DNA from: Escherichia phage vB_EcoM_01
Sequence record: PP129558
Reading direction: 5' to 3' (one strand)
DNA: 64,000 nt
Below the pieces are notes generated by a model, which made no database searches, was not told where the DNA came from, and saw nothing but the letters and a program-made list of their open reading frames with translations. The position numbers and the translations under genes are program-made. Positions 37,398 through 48,191 of the stretch are shown here, piece after piece; the first letter of the stretch is position 1; each line of letters opens with the position of its first letter.

Positions 37398-39208
37398 AGA
37401 TGTTTCTCCCTTTGCAAAACTTCCTGCATTTTACCTTTGTTGTAAGGGCGTGAATTAGGGGCAGAAAGATACCCTGACACACGTCTAACTACAGAAATAG
37501 TTTCTTCTTCATGGTTGCCACAATCAGGACACTCAAACCCTTTAGCCGTTGCCTTAAATTCTCCATGAAAACCACACTTAAAGCATTGATCCACGGGCTG
37601 ATTAATACCAAAATAGTGAATATGTTCATAAGCGTAGTCTACTAAAGTCTCCAAAGCTTCTAAGTTATTCTTTAAGTTTGGTGTTTCGACATAACTTATG
37701 TTACCACCATTGCTAATCTGTGCAAAACCTGCTTCATAATCCCATTTTTCAAAAGGATTTGTTACCAACCATACAGGTTGATGAAAAGAATTAGTAAGAT
37801 AATCTCTTTCTACCAGACCTGGATATTTTTCATTTAAAGCTGTTGCAAATTTATAGCACAAGGATTCTGCTGGAGTTCCATAAAGACTAAATGCCAACTT
37901 AGATCGTTCTTTAAACACAGCACACACATCTTTCATATGTTGCAGAATGTTTTTACCTAGTTCCTTTTTATCTTTTTCCTCTGGATAAAGGATTTCCAAA
38001 GCTTCGGCAAGACCTACATAACCAATACTAATAGAAGCATAACCACCTTCAAACAAAGCACCAATTTCATCGTTGGCATTTAAACGCGCTAAAGCCCCTT
38101 CCATGAAAAGAATAGGGTTTTCAGATGCTTTGGTATGTCTGATACGGTTTACACGTAGCATGTGAGCATCGTAGGCTATCTCCATATGTTTATTAAGAAG
38201 ATCGGTGAAAGATTCTCCTTTACTTCTCGCTTCCGCAGCAATCAGAGGCAAGTTGATAGAAACTACTCCAAGGTTGAATCGTCCATCATATTTTTCTCCT
38301 TGTTCGGTGGCATAGTACGACAAAAAGGAACGACAACCCATGCTCGTAACAGTACCATCTGCTGATCCCGTAACTTCTTTGTTCAAAGGAACAGAAATAA
38401 AGTCTGGATAAATACGATCAGCACAACATGCCAAAGCTTGTTGCTTAAGGTCATAGTTAGGATCACTAGGTTTCATGTTAACGCCTTCTTGTAAAAAGAA
38501 AATAACTTTAGGGAATACAGGCGTTACATGATCTTTGCCTAGACCATTACTATGCACTTTAAGATAGTTAGCTGTGATCATTCTGCCAAAAACAGAGGTA
38601 TCCAGACCCATACTGATTGTAATAAAAGGAGATTGTCCATTTACACTCATTAAAGTATTAACCTGATACAAGAGAGTTTGCATAGCATCATATACATCTT
38701 GTTCGGTCATTTCCAGGGCTTCTTTCCTTGCATAACAGCCGTAGCGACGTTTGGTTATCTCCATGTTTTTAAGGAAACTAGCTTCAACATAAGGACTAAG
38801 ACCTTTATCAATGTGCGCACACGTTTGACCTCCATACTGACTGGAGGCAACAGCTTGAATGATTTGAGTTAGCACTGTAGTAGCTACCCCAATAGATTTT
38901 GGTTTTTCTATCTGTGCGGCTCCGATCTTAAAACCATTCTCTAACATATCTTGATAATTAACAAGACAACAGTTTGTAAGAGGAGAGAGCAGATAATCCA
39001 AGTCGTGAATATGCCCAAAACCTTCTGTATGCCATTCTGACAAGTTTTTTGGCAGTATCTGTGTCATTGCCATATGTTTGCTTAAAATCCCCGCCAAGAG
39101 ATCCCTATGTGTGTTAACGAGGTGGGAAGGTTTGTTTGCATTCTCTCTAGTGTATGTTTCTGAAGTGCGATCTAAAAAAGAAAAAACATCTTGGTACAAA
39201 TCTTTCAT
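37394..39208 (-). CDS. nrdD: anaerobic ribonucleoside-triphosphate reductase
   Basis: 604 aa; C-terminal CFKCG...CPDCG zinc site and RRVSGYL glycyl-radical-like motif. Confidence 0.8.
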   Translation of the reverse strand: MKDLYQDVFSFLDRTSETYTRENANKPSHLVNTHRDLLAGILSKHMAMTQILPKNLSEWHTEGFGHIHDLDYLLSPLTNCCLVNYQDMLENGFKIGAAQIEKPKSIGVATTVLTQIIQAVASSQYGGQTCAHIDKGLSPYVEASFLKNMEITKRRYGCYARKEALEMTEQDVYDAMQTLLYQVNTLMSVNGQSPFITISMGLDTSVFGRMITANYLKVHSNGLGKDHVTPVFPKVIFFLQEGVNMKPSDPNYDLKQQALACCADRIYPDFISVPLNKEVTGSADGTVTSMGCRSFLSYYATEQGEKYDGRFNLGVVSINLPLIAAEARSKGESFTDLLNKHMEIAYDAHMLRVNRIRHTKASENPILFMEGALARLNANDEIGALFEGGYASISIGYVGLAEALEILYPEEKDKKELGKNILQHMKDVCAVFKERSKLAFSLYGTPAESLCYKFATALNEKYPGLVERDYLTNSFHQPVWLVTNPFEKWDYEAGFAQISNGGNISYVETPNLKNNLEALETLVDYAYEHIHYFGINQPVDQCFKCGFHGEFKATAKGFECPDCGNHEEETISVVRRVSGYLSAPNSRPYNKGKMQEVLQREKHL

Positions 39209-39308
39209 TATTAATCCTTATTTTGTGAGTAGAACTATTATTCTACCTCTTCCAACCGAAAAAAGCTTTGAGGAAAATCAAAAAAGGCGCAAAGTGCGCC
39301 TTTAAGTT

Positions 39309-40727
39309 TTATCGTTTGGAGAGGAATTGTCTTCCCATGATCTTACCGTTCTTTACAGCGGTCCCATCGTGTCCATTATAATCCCAAGTTCCATCAATGT
39401 TACGCAAGAAGCTATCACGAACAGTGTAGGCTTTACCGTTCTCTACTTTACTTTCTTCAACAATGATTGCCATAACAAGCTTATTTTCAATTTCGGTAGT
39501 AACCGATTCTTTAATACCCTCTGTAACTTCACGATCATATTGGATATAAACTCGCTCCTCGGTCACTTGCACGTCTACCACATTTTTAAATGTGTATGTC
39601 TGCTGTGTAGTGTAAAGGACACGAACAACACTCTTCTTACCTACTGGCGGCTTCTTACGAGGCTTACGGTAACGTGGTTTAGGGTTGTTAGTTGGAAGCC
39701 AACCAACAATATCCCGATCATATCCAACATGACCCCAAGTGAAATGCGTAGCCGATCCACTATCCGTAGTTCCGTCACGAAAGAGAACTTCTACGTGACC
39801 ACCACAAGGGCGGTGTCCACCATTATTATAGTTGTATTTTGCCGTGCGCGGGAGAATGAAGTATTCTTTAATTGCCCACTCTTCCAGATTGTCGATATTC
39901 CAAGTGAATACTGTTCCCTTAGCAACATCTGTTTGACCATTGTTGAAGCGAACCTGCACGAAATCTTCTGAAGGCATAACACCTGTGTTCGGCAGATATT
40001 CAAATGCAGTATCTTCCGCTACAAACTGTTCTTCCTCTTGCTCCTCAATACTTGGCACAGGCGCAGCTTCATCGTATTTCGCAGCAAACATATTTTTAAA
40101 TTCTTGAGCCGTGACTTCTACAAGGCCGCGATCACCAGTAGCAACAGAGTGTGGGCGTGGTAAATCCCCAACTTCAATATGCATTGCATCTAAGCCTGCT
40201 TGACGATCAAAGAAGATAACCTTGCGGAATTGTTTATCTTTATATTGTGGCAGTTCATACATACTTGGATCGATTGTCTTCAAACGTTCAGCATCTTCTG
40301 GCTTCCAGAAGCTTTTACCTGTTGCAAATCTAAAGTCTACCAGTAGTTTAACAACATCTCCTAATGATAAACTATCTGCATCTACGAAAACGTCTTCGAT
40401 TCCCAATAACCCTGATTTCTTAAGAATCAGATCTAACATGTAACCTCCTGTGGTTTGTTCTGCGTCTGGATAACGATCAACACTGGTGCTGGTTACACCG
40501 TTTATTTCACCAGTGGAGGCATTGTAGGAAATATATGGGAAGGTCATATCGTTCATTGCAAAATCACCTGAACAGGTTGGATCATCTTCTCCCTCCCAGC
40601 CATACACCTTCACAATACCTTCACATAATTTGTCATACACACCAGCGCGACGTGCTGCTTCAGCAACTTCCTGTTTACGGGCAAATTTATTAATCATGAT
40701 TCCTCCTGTTAATTGCCATAGATGCAC
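39309..40727 (-). CDS. hypothetical protein
   Basis: 472 aa ORF, no motif recognised. Confidence 0.55.
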   Translation of the reverse strand: MHLWQLTGGIMINKFARKQEVAEAARRAGVYDKLCEGIVKVYGWEGEDDPTCSGDFAMNDMTFPYISYNASTGEINGVTSTSVDRYPDAEQTTGGYMLDLILKKSGLLGIEDVFVDADSLSLGDVVKLLVDFRFATGKSFWKPEDAERLKTIDPSMYELPQYKDKQFRKVIFFDRQAGLDAMHIEVGDLPRPHSVATGDRGLVEVTAQEFKNMFAAKYDEAAPVPSIEEQEEEQFVAEDTAFEYLPNTGVMPSEDFVQVRFNNGQTDVAKGTVFTWNIDNLEEWAIKEYFILPRTAKYNYNNGGHRPCGGHVEVLFRDGTTDSGSATHFTWGHVGYDRDIVGWLPTNNPKPRYRKPRKKPPVGKKSVVRVLYTTQQTYTFKNVVDVQVTEERVYIQYDREVTEGIKESVTTEIENKLVMAIIVEESKVENGKAYTVRDSFLRNIDGTWDYNGHDGTAVKNGKIMGRQFLSKR

Positions 40728-41247
40728 GAGGTTCGGCTATGGCTGTTGCATAAATATATGGATGACCTTGTGGGGACAATCTTGTTCCGAATGACCCTAA
40801 TTCTAAACCATTCATGTCTTCCACGTCAAGCCCTATTTCTGTTTCTACAATTCTTGTTTGGACTTTGTAGTAGGTCCAGAAGAAGTATCGCATTTCTTCG
40901 GCATACTCTTTCACTTCACCAAAGCTGGGATAGAACTCAATCAACTCCAGCTTCAAGAAGATGTTGAAGTGAGAATCATCCAACACTTCCTCTGTGCGGT
41001 AACATGGTGTCAGGGCCATGTAGGGATGACCAGCGATAAACTCGTAGCCATCCTTTTCCATTTGCAAGAATGATTGCTCGGCACTGGCAACATAAAACTT
41101 CCCATTAGGATGCCCCAAAGGAGCATCTTCTTTGCCAGGTGGCAGTGTGAATGCCAAAATATCTGCATCCACTAAATAAGGAACATCTAACATTTCAGCA
41201 AAGCGTCCATAACTCTGGATGGCTTCGGCAATCACACCTGTGTTCAT
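40690..41247 (-). CDS. hypothetical protein
   Basis: 185 aa ORF. Confidence 0.5.
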   Translation of the reverse strand: MNTGVIAEAIQSYGRFAEMLDVPYLVDADILAFTLPPGKEDAPLGHPNGKFYVASAEQSFLQMEKDGYEFIAGHPYMALTPCYRTEEVLDDSHFNIFLKLELIEFYPSFGEVKEYAEEMRYFFWTYYKVQTRIVETEIGLDVEDMNGLELGSFGTRLSPQGHPYIYATAIAEPRASMAINRRNHD

Positions 41248-41495
41248 GACCTTCCTCCTGTGCGAAACGCACGTTTAGTAATGTTTGACATAATGATCAA
41301 ATCTTGTAAAGTCGTACCTGGGAACTGTTGTTCTAACACTCCCTCGACAGCACCTATAATATCAGATAGTTCAACAAGTTGCATTATTTTGCAATCCTGT
41401 TCAACAGCATCGAAAAGTTCTTCCACTTCCTCTTTAATCTTTTCTATGCTTCCGTAAGATTGTTTCTTAATGTCTGTTATGTGATACCCTGCCAT
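41244..41495 (-). CDS. hypothetical protein
   Basis: 83 aa ORF. Confidence 0.45.
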   Translation of the reverse strand: MAGYHITDIKKQSYGSIEKIKEEVEELFDAVEQDCKIMQLVELSDIIGAVEGVLEQQFPGTTLQDLIIMSNITKRAFRTGGRS

Positions 41496-43088
41496 TTAAC
41501 GATCCTCTCTGATTTGATTAATCTTACGAGCAAGGGCAGCTATAAGTTTATCTTCTTCAGATACAGGAGCCGTGCTCTTACCTAAACGATGCATGTCTAA
41601 AATCTCTTGAACAGTTCGGTTCCATTGCAGGCATTTAATACAACGTGTATGTGCAACATACAGAAGATTTCGTTCTGATTCTTCAAGACCTACCCACTCA
41701 CCCTTCTTATCATAATTGGAAGGAAAGTCATTTGCAACAATAACCTGATCCCACTCCAAGCCTTTTGATTTATGGGCTGTAGTTAAAGTAACTTTAGCCG
41801 TTGGGGAGTTACGGTGCATACGCAGAGTGTATGCAATATTACTAGCTTTACCAGAGACAACAATATTTAAAAGTCGTTTTGCATCAGGATCTGATTCTGC
41901 ACACTCTACGAACTCTTCCCAAGAAGTGTAAGGGAGAACTGTCTCATGTTTAACTTTGTCCAAATCTCCTCTACGTAAAGCATTAACGCTGTCAACCATA
42001 GAAATGAAATCTTTGGTATCTACGTTAATAATAATCTCTTCTCCGTTAGCGATTCGATCCATAGCTTCGAGCAACAGGGTCAAATTCTTACGGAAAATAA
42101 TGGTGTAAGGTTTACTATAATCTACCACATCAGAATGAAAACTTCCAGTGACAGTATCATAACCTTTGCCTACCAGCGGATGCTTCAGAGGTGAGCGATC
42201 AGAAAGGATCGCATTAGCAATGTCCGCAACTTTAGGACCAAAGCGAAAACAAGCTGTCAGAGGCAACTCAACCCCATATGTAGCCGTTTGCTTCATCATG
42301 TTCTGGCTTCCACGGAACTGATAAATACTCTGAAATTCATCACCCACAACAACAATACGTTTAGCCGATTTAGCATTGCGAAGGATAGACAGGAATGCAG
42401 GGTTAACATCCTGGAATTCATCTCCAAAAATAATATCATATCCTAAATCTTCTTTACTCAATTCGAAGAGTTTCACATAGGTGTCATGAGTCATAATGGT
42501 TTCTGATTTAGGATCAATACGCTCACGCCAAAGTTGCTTCGCATATTTAACAACTTCGTTAATAAGTTTTTGTTCGTTGATATTCTTACGTTTAAGATCT
42601 GACATATGCACTTTAGGAAAATGTTTATGTCCAATATGTTCATCGTCAGAAAACTCATATTTAGCTAAAGTTTGTTTTACCATTAACCCGATCATTGCAC
42701 GAGTCAGTAGCACTTTACCATTCTTATCAATCAAGTTCTGAATCTTGAATTTTTTGGCAATCTCACTACCAGTTCCAGCTACGTTAACATATTGACCTTC
42801 TGGACGAGACAATTTGTGTCGAAGGTTTTGTGGAAGACGCTGGTAACAGATTGAATGTAGCGTTCGGCACATAACATTAGGCGGCATTTTACGTCGAGCT
42901 TCCTCTGCCATACTTTTGTTAAACGCCAAGTATAGAATACTGTCATTTGTGCCATTAGCCAACATATACAGTGTTGACGTTTTACCTGATCCAGATTTAG
43001 CTTGAATTGTAACGAAACGATTTTCTTGATACCCACTTTCAATAGCATATTGTTCATCGGTAGGTGTAAAACTCAATTGTGTAGACAC
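41496..43088 (-). CDS. superfamily 1 DNA helicase (UvrD/RecD/Dda-like)
   Basis: 530 aa; Walker A QAKSGSGKTS, Walker B IIFGDEFQDV, C-terminal TTAHKSKGLEWDQVIV. Confidence 0.7.
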   Translation of the reverse strand: MSTQLSFTPTDEQYAIESGYQENRFVTIQAKSGSGKTSTLYMLANGTNDSILYLAFNKSMAEEARRKMPPNVMCRTLHSICYQRLPQNLRHKLSRPEGQYVNVAGTGSEIAKKFKIQNLIDKNGKVLLTRAMIGLMVKQTLAKYEFSDDEHIGHKHFPKVHMSDLKRKNINEQKLINEVVKYAKQLWRERIDPKSETIMTHDTYVKLFELSKEDLGYDIIFGDEFQDVNPAFLSILRNAKSAKRIVVVGDEFQSIYQFRGSQNMMKQTATYGVELPLTACFRFGPKVADIANAILSDRSPLKHPLVGKGYDTVTGSFHSDVVDYSKPYTIIFRKNLTLLLEAMDRIANGEEIIINVDTKDFISMVDSVNALRRGDLDKVKHETVLPYTSWEEFVECAESDPDAKRLLNIVVSGKASNIAYTLRMHRNSPTAKVTLTTAHKSKGLEWDQVIVANDFPSNYDKKGEWVGLEESERNLLYVAHTRCIKCLQWNRTVQEILDMHRLGKSTAPVSEEDKLIAALARKINQIREDR

Positions 43089-43102
43089 GTATTTCTCCTC
43101 TC

Positions 43103-43618
43103 TTAATAAAAACTCTTGACAATCCTCATCATTTCCTTAGCTCTGCTGGCGTAAGGTTCTTTTAGATTAGGTGGCAAATGTGCATTAATGTATCCCATTT
43201 GTTTTTCCCATGTCCACTTATCTTTAAATCTTGGCATGGTGTCTCCTGCTAAACTGTTTTCTTTTCGTGTTTGAATAATCCAATTGCATGGAAAATGCAC
43301 ACCACCTTTACGGAAGGGAATATAATGTCCCAATGTGAATGCCTTATTGTTCTTTAAACGTCCAGCTAAATTAAGATTAACAATAAGACTACGAAACACG
43401 TAGTATTGATAAAGATTGTCAACAGTATATACAGAGTAGTATGCTCTAAGTGCATTATCTCTACTAAGATTACCAACATCCAAACTGCACCAGTTTAAAT
43501 TACTTGGATCGTAGTTGTGATTATCAATCCATTCTTCTCTTTCCTCAAATTCTGCATTAACAGCAGACTGCCCTGCTGTAGATACAAAAAGAGAATTTGC
43601 ATCAAAGAACATACTCAC
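43103..43618 (-). CDS. hypothetical protein
   Basis: 171 aa ORF. Confidence 0.5.
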   Translation of the reverse strand: MSMFFDANSLFVSTAGQSAVNAEFEEREEWIDNHNYDPSNLNWCSLDVGNLSRDNALRAYYSVYTVDNLYQYYVFRSLIVNLNLAGRLKNNKAFTLGHYIPFRKGGVHFPCNWIIQTRKENSLAGDTMPRFKDKWTWEKQMGYINAHLPPNLKEPYASRAKEMMRIVKSFY

Positions 43619-43625
43619 TCCCCCT

Positions 43626-44036
43626 TTAGTTTACATCGTTTAGAGCATTACCAATCTTTAAGATAATAACATCATTAAGAGCTTCTTCTCCATTAAGGCC
43701 AGAGAAAGCAGGAGTAACGAAAGTTACCATATAATAATGGTCTTCTTGTAGGATTGCGATAACGCCATCTAGTTTAACATCTCCTGTGAAACGAAAAACT
43801 TTCAACTTTTGTTCTAAAGGAAGATCTCCTTCAACATTTAAAACCATATCTCCGACACCAAACTTTTCTGCCCCGATGTAGATGTAAGCTTGGTCCTCTT
43901 TTTTATGATAATACAATGTTGCTTGTTTGTCTTGTAGTGTTGTGATACCAAACACATCTACATCAATAATATTTTTCAAAAATTCTCCTCCCAAATCCAA
44001 TAATTGTCTACATAAGTAGGATGCCTTTTGTCCCAC
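43626..44036 (-). CDS. hypothetical protein
   Basis: 136 aa ORF; overlaps upstream ORF, start uncertain. Confidence 0.4.
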   Translation of the reverse strand: MGQKASYLCRQLLDLGGEFLKNIIDVDVFGITTLQDKQATLYYHKKEDQAYIYIGAEKFGVGDMVLNVEGDLPLEQKLKVFRFTGDVKLDGVIAILQEDHYYMVTFVTPAFSGLNGEEALNDVIILKIGNALNDVN

Positions 44037-44344
44037 TCTTTTCTAGCCCAAGCTACGGCTGCTACCAATACATCTCCATGACAAGGTTGAGGTGAGCAGT
44101 AGCAAACTAAATCTTTCCCTTCTAACTCTAATAAATCTTCAAGAGTGATCTTACCACAACGAATTTGCTCCCACAACCACTCTTTATACCTTTGTATGGT
44201 TGATCCTCGTGGTTCATCATCTTTTAACTTAAAAGGATTTGCAAACTTAGAGGCTTTTAGTCCCATATGTGGCATTGCTCTACCAATATAAACAGCACCT
44301 TCTGGGATTGTTTTGCCTAAATGGTAAAAGTTTAATACCTTCAT
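43976..44344 (-). CDS. conserved Cys/His-motif protein (DUF4326-like)
   Basis: 122 aa; DLVCYCSPQPCHGDVL. Confidence 0.45.
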   Translation of the reverse strand: MKVLNFYHLGKTIPEGAVYIGRAMPHMGLKASKFANPFKLKDDEPRGSTIQRYKEWLWEQIRCGKITLEDLLELEGKDLVCYCSPQPCHGDVLVAAVAWARKEWDKRHPTYVDNYWIWEENF

Positions 44345-44345
44345 A

Positions 44346-44708
44346 TTAACCTAAACACATACGTGCGATCAGACCCTGGATGAGTTTATCTGCTTCTTCA
44401 CGATCATAGTCGGTATCTTCTATACCACCATCTTCGTCACGATAAACTTTACCTTCCAGGTACCCAGCATCGATCAAACCAATAATCAAATCGAACTGCC
44501 AGCAAGAGTTACCGAAAGGGCGTTTTCCACTGAAACTGTCTTCTTCTTCCCAAAGTGTAGAGAGCAGTCGTCTGAAATATTCACGCACAGTAACAGTTCC
44601 AAGATCATCGTCTTCAAAAACAACATCTAAAGCGTCTGGTTCAGCTTTCTCTACAACAGGCACATAACGTTGACCATTAATAACAACATCTACAATCGTT
44701 TCTCTCAT
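44346..44708 (-). CDS. hypothetical protein
   Basis: 120 aa ORF. Confidence 0.5.
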   Translation of the reverse strand: MRETIVDVVINGQRYVPVVEKAEPDALDVVFEDDDLGTVTVREYFRRLLSTLWEEEDSFSGKRPFGNSCWQFDLIIGLIDAGYLEGKVYRDEDGGIEDTDYDREEADKLIQGLIARMCLG

Positions 44709-45067
44709 TTTTCCTCCTTCTTGTATTCTAAGAACATGTCAACTTCATAAGCTGTCCGTTCATCAAATTTGCTAGGATCTACTAAAATAAAAAGTTGTTT
44801 ATTTATATCTTGAAACTCTTTTACTACAATGTAAAGGTGTTTCTTACAAGAGAAGCCTGTTGCTTGATAAGCATCACCCCAATCATCCACACCTTTTAAT
44901 GTTTCTACATACTTACATTTTATTTTATCTTTACCATCTTGGTAAAGTGCTTCACCTCCGAACCATGTGAAGAATTTAGTGCGATCTGCCCCAACCTTGA
45001 AGCCGTCACGAGCAAAAACACCAGCAGAGGCTAATAACAGCAAGGCAAACAGCACTTTTCTCATCAC
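44705..45067 (-). CDS. secreted/periplasmic protein
   Basis: 120 aa; signal peptide MMRKVLFALLLLASAGVFA. Confidence 0.5.
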   Translation of the reverse strand: MMRKVLFALLLLASAGVFARDGFKVGADRTKFFTWFGGEALYQDGKDKIKCKYVETLKGVDDWGDAYQATGFSCKKHLYIVVKEFQDINKQLFILVDPSKFDERTAYEVDMFLEYKKEEK

Positions 45068-45372
45068 ATCTCCTCGTCGGACTTCAAGGCTTTAGAGAAT
45101 ACTACATTAAACATTTCACCGCAACCATTATTAACATAATACATGATGTAATTATCATCTTCGTCTACAGGCGCACGATACTCCAATTCATAACTATACA
45201 GATTAGAATTACTTGTGCAACCTTGTGGATACCAAAAGTAAAGTTCACCACAAGATTCTACCCATTTAAGACCAGTCCGATCTTCAAACACCAATGTAGA
45301 AGGGTTTTCTGAATCTTTCACAGCTTCTTCATACTGTTGATGTACCATAACTGCTAATGATAATGTACTCAT
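45064..45372 (-). CDS. hypothetical protein
   Basis: about 102 aa; start taken at ATG 45372. Confidence 0.45.
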   Translation of the reverse strand: MSTLSLAVMVHQQYEEAVKDSENPSTLVFEDRTGLKWVESCGELYFWYPQGCTSNSNLYSYELEYRAPVDEDDNYIMYYVNNGCGEMFNVVFSKALKSDEEM

Positions 45373-45588
45373 CACGCCTCCAAATAGTGTTTACAAATGA
45401 CAAAACGCCATGTTTGTTTGTAATAGTCTCTTTTTTCAAGAGCCTCTTTGTAAGAGGGTATACGTTGCGACAGAAGCATCCATTCACAATCTGCACCCAT
45501 TCTTCCATAAAGCGCGTAACGGATGTTACTTTGTTTATCTCCCATAAATGCCTCCTTAATCTTGTTTACAAGTATACCCTCTAATTAG

Positions 45589-45786
45589 TTACACTTTTTC
45601 CCAAGTACCAAAAGCACAGGAAGGGTAGATTCCAACTTGAGGGTTTCCGTTATCATCTTTGAAAGTAAAACTGTTGTTGTCTTTATCAAGAACTGTAGAA
45701 TAAATCTTACCAACAGTAACGCAGTTGGAAGCTTGACCCAGTTCAGTGAGAGTAAGACATTTCATTTTCTGTTTCTTTGTAGCCAT
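45589..45786 (-). CDS. hypothetical small protein
   Basis: 65 aa ORF. Confidence 0.4.
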   Translation of the reverse strand: MATKKQKMKCLTLTELGQASNCVTVGKIYSTVLDKDNNSFTFKDDNGNPQVGIYPSCAFGTWEKV

Positions 45787-45868
45787 TTATAAAATCTCCT
45801 TAGTAAGTGAATCTTTATTCTACACAAAGAGCTTTGCACATGTCAAGTAACTCTTTGTCAGATTAGTC

Positions 45869-46138
45869 TTAATGATTAGTGATGTTGATGACAATCTTAG
45901 TTTCAACCTTAGCCCAACAGTAGTCTGCTTCATTAAAACGACTAGTCACAATGTATTCTCCTGCACGAGAACCTGTTAAGCACACTGCACCTGTATCTGT
46001 AGCTAAGTAGTAGTCCCGTTCTTGTTCACTTACTTCTGAATCGTAGTAGTAGAAAACAGACATAGGTTCAATTTCATCTAAACGATATAATTTTGGAACA
46101 GGGGATTTCTCGATAAACTCGATAGAAGTCTTACTCAT
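45869..46138 (-). CDS. hypothetical protein
   Basis: 89 aa ORF. Confidence 0.45.
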   Translation of the reverse strand: MSKTSIEFIEKSPVPKLYRLDEIEPMSVFYYYDSEVSEQERDYYLATDTGAVCLTGSRAGEYIVTSRFNEADYCWAKVETKIVINITNH

Positions 46139-46371
46139 TTGTTTTCTCCTAGATCTAAACTAATTAAGAAGTCACGAAGGATGATCATTTGTTCTGTAGA
46201 TAATGATAATACACCTTCTCCATAAATATCACCAGACCATTCAGCAGTTAGATCTAGTGTACCAGTACCAGGAAACCAATCAACAGTGATCTGATTACCA
46301 TTAGAGTCAGGTAGTATTTCACTAACTAACATAACACACTCTCCTATTATTGTTCTTGATCTTACGATCAT
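46135..46371 (-). CDS. hypothetical protein
   Basis: 78 aa ORF, stop/start overlap with upstream gene. Confidence 0.45.
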   Translation of the reverse strand: MIVRSRTIIGECVMLVSEILPDSNGNQITVDWFPGTGTLDLTAEWSGDIYGEGVLSLSTEQMIILRDFLISLDLGENK

Positions 46372-46501
46372 CTACCGATAAGAACAAGTACTTAAATCTC
46401 TGTTCTTCGAACATCTAACGATAGAGATTAATCTATTACATAATCTATACTCGCTATCGCTCGACCCTTCGGGGTTAGGGTAGCATATTTTTTGAAAAAA
46501 G

Positions 46502-46825
46502 TCAACACTTATTTTTGGTAAGTAGAGAAATCAATTGTTCACCTGCTTCTGGTGCATATAGTGCTTTAGTATCGAAGTCAAAGAAGTGAGTGACCCCTGT
46601 TACTTTGGATGCCTGAATAGATAATCGTGCAAGCTTAAGCAGATTATCCATTTCCGCAATCTTTGCACGAAATACTGCACGTGTAGCGTCAAAAGCTGCA
46701 TGTGGCATGTATTTACGATTTAGACTACTACGTTTAAATTTACGATAATCTGCAATGATCTTGTTACGTTCTTTGTTCAAGTGCTTTACCAGTGCAGTGT
46801 ATACATGTGGTTCTTTGTTAGCCAT
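46502..46825 (-). CDS. hypothetical basic protein
   Basis: Start at ATG 46825 with GAGGAG RBS (track ORF extends to 46858). Confidence 0.45.
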   Translation of the reverse strand: MANKEPHVYTALVKHLNKERNKIIADYRKFKRSSLNRKYMPHAAFDATRAVFRAKIAEMDNLLKLARLSIQASKVTGVTHFFDFDTKALYAPEAGEQLISLLTKNKC

Positions 46826-47030
46826 TGTTAATCTCCTCTTCATATGTTGGTAGTGCATGGTATGCGATCACAGGTGCCAAGTCAAAATAAAAATGACCAT
46901 TGATAACAGCTATCGTGCCATTGCGTATTTTGTTAACTTCACAGAATCCCTTCTTGCCGTTTGCCATGATTACAAGCCACTCTCCGATAGGAACATCCTC
47001 GGTACCAGATACTTTAATCCATCCACTCAC
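46818..47030 (-). CDS. hypothetical protein
   Basis: 70 aa ORF. Confidence 0.4.
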   Translation of the reverse strand: MSGWIKVSGTEDVPIGEWLVIMANGKKGFCEVNKIRNGTIAVINGHFYFDLAPVIAYHALPTYEEEINNG

Positions 47031-47284
47031 TTTACTTCCCCTTTGTAATCGGACACTATACCAGGTCTTACTTTTGCCTTAAGATGTTTCAACTCTACCA
47101 TAGGAGTTGCCACTTGTATAGGGCTAACTTCAACCTTGTAGATAGTATATTCATAAGTCGCATATTTACCGATGGAATGCAAATACTTAATTGCGTGTTC
47201 AGGGGAATCTGCTTCAACATACCCTAAATCTTTCGTAGTACGACCTTCGGTATCGCCTTCAGTGGTTACGTGATAAAGTGTCAT
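47027..47284 (-). CDS. hypothetical protein
   Basis: 85 aa ORF. Confidence 0.45.
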   Translation of the reverse strand: MTLYHVTTEGDTEGRTTKDLGYVEADSPEHAIKYLHSIGKYATYEYTIYKVEVSPIQVATPMVELKHLKAKVRPGIVSDYKGEVK

Positions 47285-47604
47285 AAAACCTCCTTCTGGT
47301 TGGCTGCTTCAATCATAACGTTAAGAGTCTCCATACCGCTTTCAACTGCTTGAGCAATCTCTTGGAACACTGTTTTCTTAAAGATGTATAAAGATCCTGC
47401 CTGTAAGCGTTGCACACAGCATAAGAGGGTTTGGTGATCCATAACAAAGTCTCCATAAGCACAATCAATTTTCCCTGTGATTGGGTTGTCTCGTGAGCGA
47501 GGATCGTATTCTAATGTGATATGCGTTACACCAGGTAAAGTAACAAACTGACAACGGATGTTGACACGTGGTGCAATTGACACGCTAAACAAACTGTTTG
47601 ACAT
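47281..47604 (-). CDS. hypothetical protein
   Basis: 107 aa ORF. Confidence 0.45.
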   Translation of the reverse strand: MSNSLFSVSIAPRVNIRCQFVTLPGVTHITLEYDPRSRDNPITGKIDCAYGDFVMDHQTLLCCVQRLQAGSLYIFKKTVFQEIAQAVESGMETLNVMIEAANQKEVL

Positions 47605-47747
47605 TTAAACCTCCTCGTAGTAAGGCAAAGCTTTGATCAGCTGTTCTGAAGTGCCATTCTCTGTCCATGTAACCCCGTTGTCAAGAGAAACATACCCTTT
47701 CTTATCGATGAATTTACGGAGACAACCAGTGAACTTGTTTTTGTAGA

Positions 47748-48191
47748 TCATTTCTTCTTTCCTTTCTTTAATTTGTTGTGACCTTTACCCTTATAAAGCT
47801 TGTGATTACGAGCAGATGGGTTATTTTGGTTCTCCAGTCGGCTAACAGGTGTATTCCAAAGATTTCCTGCTACAAAAGATGCTGCCACAAGTTCTTCCAG
47901 GTATACAAAATCCAAAGCAGGTATCTTTGTTTCCCTCATCTTGCGTTCTACATTAGACAACACGCCTTCTTCCTTACTGTCTTCTTTTTCAATTACAGAC
48001 CAACCCTCTTCCTGCCAAGCTTCCCCTCTGAACCAAGTTTCCATGTTATAACCTTGTTCGTCGAGAATAACACCATCTCGCATCTCAAACCATTCGCCAC
48101 CACAAAAATGGCGGTGCTCAACACGTCTACCTTCCTTCATTGCTTCTTTAGCTTCGGGCCAAGTCAGTTTGATGTTTTGGATGTTTTGCAT
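47748..48191 (-). CDS. hypothetical protein with basic C-terminal tail
   Basis: 147 aa; first gene of the minus-strand block. Confidence 0.5.
   Translation of the reverse strand: MQNIQNIKLTWPEAKEAMKEGRRVEHRHFCGGEWFEMRDGVILDEQGYNMETWFRGEAWQEEGWSVIEKEDSKEEGVLSNVERKMRETKIPALDFVYLEELVAASFVAGNLWNTPVSRLENQNNPSARNHKLYKGKGHNKLKKGKKK

Noticed and set aside
46440-46500. Possible terminator hairpin (gaccc-ttcg-gggt) downstream of the 46502-46825 gene
   Set aside because: Stem is short and imperfect and the T-run is on the wrong side for the minus-strand gene; insufficient evidence.
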